Shown here: piece after piece, positions 59,088-64,000 of the stretch
Layout of the letters: each line of letters opens with the position of its first letter
Position numbering within the stretch: the stretch's first letter is position 1
Source of the DNA: a virus
Virus record (IMG/VR): IMGVR_UViG_3300032313_001394
Coordinates: 75,244-139,243 of that record
Direction: 5' to 3' (one strand)
Length of the DNA stretch: 64,000 bases
The notes under the pieces: generated by a model
Databases searched by the model: none
What the model was told of the DNA's origin: nothing
Seen by the model: the letters and a program-made list of their open reading frames with translations, nothing else
Translations under genes and position numbers: made by a program

Positions 59088-59228
59088 TTAACGACCTTGT
59101 CCACGATATCTTTTCTCGTAATTTTTTGATTGCTTTGCAAATGATGATTTATTTTTTGCGTGACGACCAATACTCTTTTTTTTAATTTCTACTTTACGTG
59201 ATTCTGATGCTGCTTTAGCTTTTGCCAT
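59088..59228 (-). CDS. small basic protein ending YRGQGR (not in ORF track)
   Basis: Manual translation MAKAKAASESRKVEIKKKSIGRHAKNKSSFAKQSKNYEKRYRGQGR; ATATTTAT motif upstream. Confidence 0.75.
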   Translation of the reverse strand: MAKAKAASESRKVEIKKKSIGRHAKNKSSFAKQSKNYEKRYRGQGR

Positions 59229-59261
59229 TATATAACAAGTTAAGGGTTTAGTATAAATATA

Positions 59262-60035
59262 CTAAACTTCCCTCTTGTCACCGTATGCAATGATGTGATC
59301 TCGTCCTGAAAAATTATATGAATGTGCTGTACAGTAATCTAATACTATTGGGTACATTTTAATTAATTCTTCACGAGTATCACCAGCAGGCATAATCCAT
59401 GTTTTATGTTTTGGTATATTAAAGCGTTTTCTGAATGCTTCAATTTCATACATTAATTCAGGTGTACCATCCCATACTGGTTTAAAATGGTAGTTCTTAT
59501 GGTATGCTAATAATTGGCGAATTGCATCATATTTTTCTCTATATTTATTATGTTGATCAATCATTTTCTGATCTACAATTTTACCTTGTGGTGTTTCAAC
59601 ACCAATTACTGGGATTGAATTAGAGAATTTAGGTGATAATGAAATAACATCAATACGATGATCAGTAATTAATGGATGTGACCCTTCAGTTTCAATAGTT
59701 ACAATACCTTTCTTAGCGTGTAGTGCTTTAAATAAATTAATTATTTCATTACACATTTCAGGGTGCATTGTGGGAGATCCACCAGTTAGCATCAAATGAT
59801 TAATGTCCCAATTATCAGAAAAGAACTGCTTAATATCAGTTAATGTATATTTACCTTTTTCTGGATGGATTGATGTATACCATGAATCACACCACCCACC
59901 TTCACCAAAGTAACACCTATGAGTACATCCTGTAGTACGTACAATGATATGTGGTTTACCAGCTAGTGAACCTTCAGTTTGAACGCAACGATATACTTCA
60001 ATTATCGGTTGATTTTTAGTATAATCTAGTGCCAT
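59262..60035 (-). CDS. queE: 7-carboxy-7-deazaguanine synthase (radical SAM)
   Basis: QTEG, RTTGCTHRC...WCDS, TGGSP, IETEG, SLSPK; que cluster. Confidence 0.9.
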   Translation of the reverse strand: MALDYTKNQPIIEVYRCVQTEGSLAGKPHIIVRTTGCTHRCYFGEGGWCDSWYTSIHPEKGKYTLTDIKQFFSDNWDINHLMLTGGSPTMHPEMCNEIINLFKALHAKKGIVTIETEGSHPLITDHRIDVISLSPKFSNSIPVIGVETPQGKIVDQKMIDQHNKYREKYDAIRQLLAYHKNYHFKPVWDGTPELMYEIEAFRKRFNIPKHKTWIMPAGDTREELIKMYPIVLDYCTAHSYNFSGRDHIIAYGDKREV

Positions 60036-60249
60036 CTTGTTTTTCTTTTAATTTTAAACGTTTAGCTAATTTTTTATCTACAACTACTTCTGCATTAATA
60101 TCTACCTCAACGGTTTTCTTATTTGTATCACGTACTTTAGTTTTCCATTCGGCTTTAGGAGCAAATGTCCATCCATGTACTTTTACTTTTATATCAGCAT
60201 CTACATCTGATACTCTACGGAGTTCACCGTCTTTTTTAATACATTTCAT
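60016..60249 (-). CDS. small basic protein
   Basis: RRVSD...GWTFAPKAEWK. Confidence 0.65.
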   Translation of the reverse strand: MKCIKKDGELRRVSDVDADIKVKVHGWTFAPKAEWKTKVRDTNKKTVEVDINAEVVVDKKLAKRLKLKEKQDGTRLY

Positions 60250-60385
60250 ATTTTGAATTTTAATTTAATTAATTGTTGAATGTAAGTAAGAAAATTCACA
60301 TCACCAGCGAGTACAGATAAAATGTTAGGGTGTGCATCGCCGCACACTCCTAACAAATGACTAATAATATGTCTAATTTCCTCCA

Positions 60386-61420
60386 TTATTTGGCGTATTC
60401 AACTAATACTTTTTCTACTGCTGCTTTAGCAACTTCCCATGTTACTGGACCTGTTTCATCAGCATACTCAACTGGATCTGGACGTCCTAAACGAATAAAT
60501 GCTTCGATACGTTCAACTGATGCTGCTGACTTATAGTCTGAATACCATTTGAATGCTCTTGTTTCAGGACGATAATAGAATTTAATTGGTTTGTATGATG
60601 TATTAGTACGTTTATATACTTCATCAAAATCTAAACCTAATTTCTCACAGCATTCTAATCCATCTTCTAAAATAGTAAATTTATTTCCATCCAAATATGG
60701 AGTATAGTGATATACTAATTCAGAATCCCAGTTACCAATTTTAAATGCTTCCATATCGGCATCACGGAATTCTTGACGGCAGTCTGGATAGATCTGGTGG
60801 TCACCGCTGTGGATCCCCATAGCAATTGCTACTTCTTGTTTACCTCCCCATGTTTTTGAAAATTCGGGTACTGTTTTAATTAAATTTTCAAATTCATTTA
60901 TATCAGGATAAGATTTTTCTAACAGTTCAGGTGGCATTTTATCGGCCCATTCTTTTTTGTGTTCTTCAACATATCGTTTATAAGCATCATCTAAATTTCC
61001 TTTAGTTGCTATTGATAGAGCAGCTGCTTGGATTAATGAAGCGAAAATCTTATTACGATTTGGTACAACAGTTTCTTTCATGTTGTCTTGCTCGTAATGT
61101 CCTTCTGGTACATCGTTTCCACCTGTAACTAATGCCGAATGAAGTAAATCTTGTAATCCATCTAATTTAATAATTTGATGTTTTATTAATGGGAAATTTT
61201 CACCAGTTACTGTAATTGTTCCTAATTGATCTTGTTCTGTTTTTTGAGAACATCCATTTAGATACTCAACCAATGAAGCGGCGCGTTCTAATTCAACACG
61301 GTGTTTCTGACCGTAATCAAATGATAATGCTGTAACTTCATAACCATTAGCTAATAAGTGAAGTAATAATGTTGAGGAATCCATTCCTCCGGATAATGAT
61401 AAAACTGCTTTTTTAAACAT
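60386..61420 (-). CDS. queC: 7-cyano-7-deazaguanine synthase
   Basis: SLSGGMDS, FDYGQKH, TVVPNRN, HSGDH..YPDCR. Confidence 0.92.
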   Translation of the reverse strand: MFKKAVLSLSGGMDSSTLLLHLLANGYEVTALSFDYGQKHRVELERAASLVEYLNGCSQKTEQDQLGTITVTGENFPLIKHQIIKLDGLQDLLHSALVTGGNDVPEGHYEQDNMKETVVPNRNKIFASLIQAAALSIATKGNLDDAYKRYVEEHKKEWADKMPPELLEKSYPDINEFENLIKTVPEFSKTWGGKQEVAIAMGIHSGDHQIYPDCRQEFRDADMEAFKIGNWDSELVYHYTPYLDGNKFTILEDGLECCEKLGLDFDEVYKRTNTSYKPIKFYYRPETRAFKWYSDYKSAASVERIEAFIRLGRPDPVEYADETGPVTWEVAKAAVEKVLVEYAK

Positions 61421-61458
61421 AAAATTATAAAGTATAATGTTGGAACGTATTAATTTAT

Positions 61459-61662
61459 TTATCGATTAGTTCCGATAACCGATTTTGTTTTAAAGAACTC
61501 ATCTAAAAATTCAGGCATATAAGTTAAAATAGCGCCTTTGTATTTTGGACTTTCAACATAACGGCTACTAACTGCTGCTTTACGAATTTTAGCATATTCT
61601 GCTACTTGTTTACCTAATTCTGGACCAGCTGGATGGCCTAAATAATCGAATAATGATACCAT
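61459..61662 (-). CDS. hypothetical protein
   Basis: ORF behind promoter motif 61689-61706. Confidence 0.7.
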   Translation of the reverse strand: MVSLFDYLGHPAGPELGKQVAEYAKIRKAAVSSRYVESPKYKGAILTYMPEFLDEFFKTKSVIGTNR

Positions 61663-61706
61663 AACTTTTATTTGTTTTAGTTTATAAATTAAATATAATC
61701 AAGAAA

Positions 61707-62186
61707 TTAAATTGGAGTATATTCTTCTTCATATGAAGCTGAATTACGTCCATTTTCAAATACTTCTACTTTAGTTACTCTAACTCTATAATAAGTTTCT
61801 TCTTGAACAAATTCATCAATCTTTTTAAATAGATATTCAGCAAAACGTTCAGCACCTGTATAAGGTAAAATACGTAATTGAATAATTCCATCTGCTTCCA
61901 TTTGTTTGAATTGTTCTAAATACGGATCATCTTCAGCAATAATTGTTGTATGATCTAATAAATAATCAAACCATTGTTTTGGATTCATTCCATCGATATT
62001 ACCGTTAGCACGTTTCATACCACCGAAATCCCATACCCAATTACGTTCGTCTAGATCTCCTTCGAAATCAACTTTAAAAGACACTGCATACCCATGTAAG
62101 AATCTACAGTGGGTTCCTTCTGCTTTCCACTGTCTAAATACAGTAGAGAATCCATCATATAATTTTGATGACTTAAATGTAATCAT
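61707..62186 (-). CDS. queD: 6-carboxy-5,6,7,8-tetrahydropterin synthase
   Basis: HCRFLHGY, WVWDFG, LDH, AE, VFE. Confidence 0.9.
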   Translation of the reverse strand: MITFKSSKLYDGFSTVFRQWKAEGTHCRFLHGYAVSFKVDFEGDLDERNWVWDFGGMKRANGNIDGMNPKQWFDYLLDHTTIIAEDDPYLEQFKQMEADGIIQLRILPYTGAERFAEYLFKKIDEFVQEETYYRVRVTKVEVFENGRNSASYEEEYTPI

Positions 62187-62977
62187 GATAATAGTGTTCT
62201 AAAATGTTTAACGTTATATAATACGTCAGAAATTTGTTGATCAGACAATTTTTGATCAAAATATACTTCTAATTTTTCTTTCGGTTTATCTAATAATACC
62301 TCATCTGGATACTTACCATGTTTTAAACCATAAATAACTGGATTAGATGTGTCGATTGTTTTAATAAAATTATATTCTTTACCTTTATAATATGAAAATT
62401 CATTAGGTAATGTAGCACCTAATAAGTGATGATGAATATCATTTGAAAATCCTTTTAATCCTGATAACATATTAACAAATTTAATACGTCCAGTCATTAA
62501 ACTAAGCAATTCATTTTGATGTTTATATAATTCTTTATAAAATATACCTGAATGATTTAATGCAATATGTGTATAACCTAATTCAACAAATTTACTATAT
62601 GTAAGCATAGCATCAGATACAGTTTTTGCTTGTACTACTGCCATTAAATTAATAGTAGATGGAATTTTATCTACATAATAATCAATCCATTTTTTAGCAT
62701 TTTTAACTGTTGTATGAGGATCATTCCAAGCATCAGGAACGATAAATATACTTGGTTTAATGTCATTGATTTTCTCGAGTAAATCTTCGATTGTATGCGA
62801 TACTCCTTCAAATAAACCATTATCCATGATAATTAAATCACCACGTTCAGATGCATTTTTAAAGAATTGATAATACTGTTTATTTTCTAATAAATGAGGT
62901 AAACAATAATGATAGTCATTAAATTTTAATGACTCATCTAATAGATCTAATGGTACTTCGTGTGAAATAAGAGTCAT
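62183..62977 (-). CDS. DpdA/TGT-like TIM-barrel transglycosylase
   Basis: MDNGLFE, VPD, AVVQ, HLLG, IDTS pattern of TGT/DpdA; adjacent to queD. Confidence 0.72.
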   Translation of the reverse strand: MTLISHEVPLDLLDESLKFNDYHYCLPHLLENKQYYQFFKNASERGDLIIMDNGLFEGVSHTIEDLLEKINDIKPSIFIVPDAWNDPHTTVKNAKKWIDYYVDKIPSTINLMAVVQAKTVSDAMLTYSKFVELGYTHIALNHSGIFYKELYKHQNELLSLMTGRIKFVNMLSGLKGFSNDIHHHLLGATLPNEFSYYKGKEYNFIKTIDTSNPVIYGLKHGKYPDEVLLDKPKEKLEVYFDQKLSDQQISDVLYNVKHFRTLLS

Positions 62978-62979
62978 AA

Positions 62980-63474
62980 CTATTTATTATAATTTTTTAA
63001 ATATTCGTAAAATTCTATTGTAGTACCATCAAACTCACCTGATAATTCATTAATCAAATCTATACGAGCTATTTTATCAGGTCCTAAATGTCTTAATTCT
63101 GAAGCTAATTCAGAAACTAATTCATTCCAAATTTTTGGTTCTTCTTTATTAAAAGCATCCATTAATTTATGATAACGATCGTATTGTTGTTTTTCAATTA
63201 CTTCTTTACGATTTCCCCAAGCTTCATGAGATGGATATTTAGAACGTTCTTTTTTTAATCGATCGTCTAATAACCACAACTCATAAAACGCTTGTTGACG
63301 ATAATCTGATATTTCGAAATCACCGTTTTTAATTCGATACTCTACAGGAACATACTTATGCATTGATTGTCTCGGTTTCCATCTTCTCCAATAATAGAAT
63401 ACATTGAACTTAGCTTGTTCAAATTTGCTCTCCACTATTTGATTGATATTCTTCGGGTATCTCGACGTGTGCAT
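62980..63474 (-). CDS. hypothetical protein
   Basis: 164-aa ORF. Confidence 0.65.
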   Translation of the reverse strand: MHTSRYPKNINQIVESKFEQAKFNVFYYWRRWKPRQSMHKYVPVEYRIKNGDFEISDYRQQAFYELWLLDDRLKKERSKYPSHEAWGNRKEVIEKQQYDRYHKLMDAFNKEEPKIWNELVSELASELRHLGPDKIARIDLINELSGEFDGTTIEFYEYLKNYNK

Positions 63475-63610
63475 TATCTAATGTTTTTAAAACCTGTTCT
63501 GCGAGCTCATTTAAACGTTGAACCCGCTGATCTTCTGGTATTGATTGAAAGTCAACAGAATCAATTTCTGATTTTAATTTTGTTAACTCTTTAATTAATT
63601 CTCCTAACAT
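63419..63610 (-). CDS. hypothetical protein
   Basis: ORF behind promoter motif 63612-63629. Confidence 0.6.
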   Translation of the reverse strand: MLGELIKELTKLKSEIDSVDFQSIPEDQRVQRLNELAEQVLKTLDNAHVEIPEEYQSNSGEQI

Positions 63611-63631
63611 ATTAAATTTAATTAAGAAATT

Positions 63632-64000
63632 TTATCCTTCGCAAGCTACACAAGCTGCAGTTCTATCTAAATTGTCACCCCTCAATACAGATTCTGTACG
63701 TAAGTAGTATAATGTTTTAATACCAGCTTTATGAGCTTCTTTATGTACTTCTGACATCCAACGTGGTGTATCGTTTGGATCAAAACATAAATTTAATGAT
63801 ACGGTTTGATCAACATATTGTTGGCGAATACCAGCTTGGCGTACAATTTCTAATTGATTGATTTCTTTAAATGTACGGAATACTTCTTTTTCTTCGTCTG
63901 ATAAAATGTGTTCTTGTATTCCATAAACTGAACCTTGATCTATTGCTATTTGATCCCACACTGATGAAATGTTAAATCCTTTAGACTCAAGCAATTGTTC
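63632..64000 (-). CDS. nrdA: ribonucleotide reductase class I alpha subunit, C-terminal part (truncated by window)
   Basis: RQQYVDQTVSLNL, GIKTLYYLR, terminal CVACEG. Confidence 0.92.
   Translation of the reverse strand, partial: EQLLESKGFNISSVWDQIAIDQGSVYGIQEHILSDEEKEVFRTFKEINQLEIVRQAGIRQQYVDQTVSLNLCFDPNDTPRWMSEVHKEAHKAGIKTLYYLRTESVLRGDNLDRTAACVACEG

Noticed and set aside
5153-59260. TATAAATA on the plus strand as canonical T4 late promoters
   Set aside because: They would point away from the adjacent genes; treated instead as the minus-strand motif ATATTTAT
2382-63594. Short plus-strand ORFs in the track (e.g. 5819, 10699, 37562, 47080, 55149)
   Set aside because: Antisense to well-supported genes, with no recognisable motifs or leaders
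1-64000. Alternative genetic code, cellular chromosome, NCLDV or cyanophage origin
   Set aside because: ORFs tile densely with all three stop codons used; T4-like replisome, endolysin and lipoproteins indicate a bacteriophage; no photosynthesis genes or SD sites are seen

Overview
AT-rich, gene-dense segment of a large T4-like/jumbo tailed phage genome, with almost all genes on the minus strand and standard genetic code. A Bacteroidota host is inferred from a DUF4494-like gene, A-rich leaders without Shine-Dalgarno sites, and Bacteroidota-style lipoproteins. Positions 1-17 kb hold small accessory genes, each behind a repeated 18-bp promoter-like motif, plus a PlcP-like phospholipase/glycosyltransferase/RimK block and hpt. 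Two large glycosylation clusters (17.3-27.1 and 37.5-43.4 kb) flank a replication core of family B polymerase, clamp, clamp loader and PD-(D/E)XK nuclease, together with GroEL/GroES. A 45-53 kb operon encodes exported and outer-membrane proteins (CsgG-like, cohesin/dockerin-like, beta-barrels) around a GH19 endolysin. Further along are a heme oxygenase with a PcyA-like bilin reductase, a 7-deazaguanine pathway (folE, queD, queE, queC, DpdA/TGT-like) and the end of nrdA. RNA genes are four tRNAs, an unusual 142-nt tRNA-Asp-like RNA with a 73-nt structured variable region, and two candidate structured ncRNAs. All family calls come from motif recognition by eye, not database searches.
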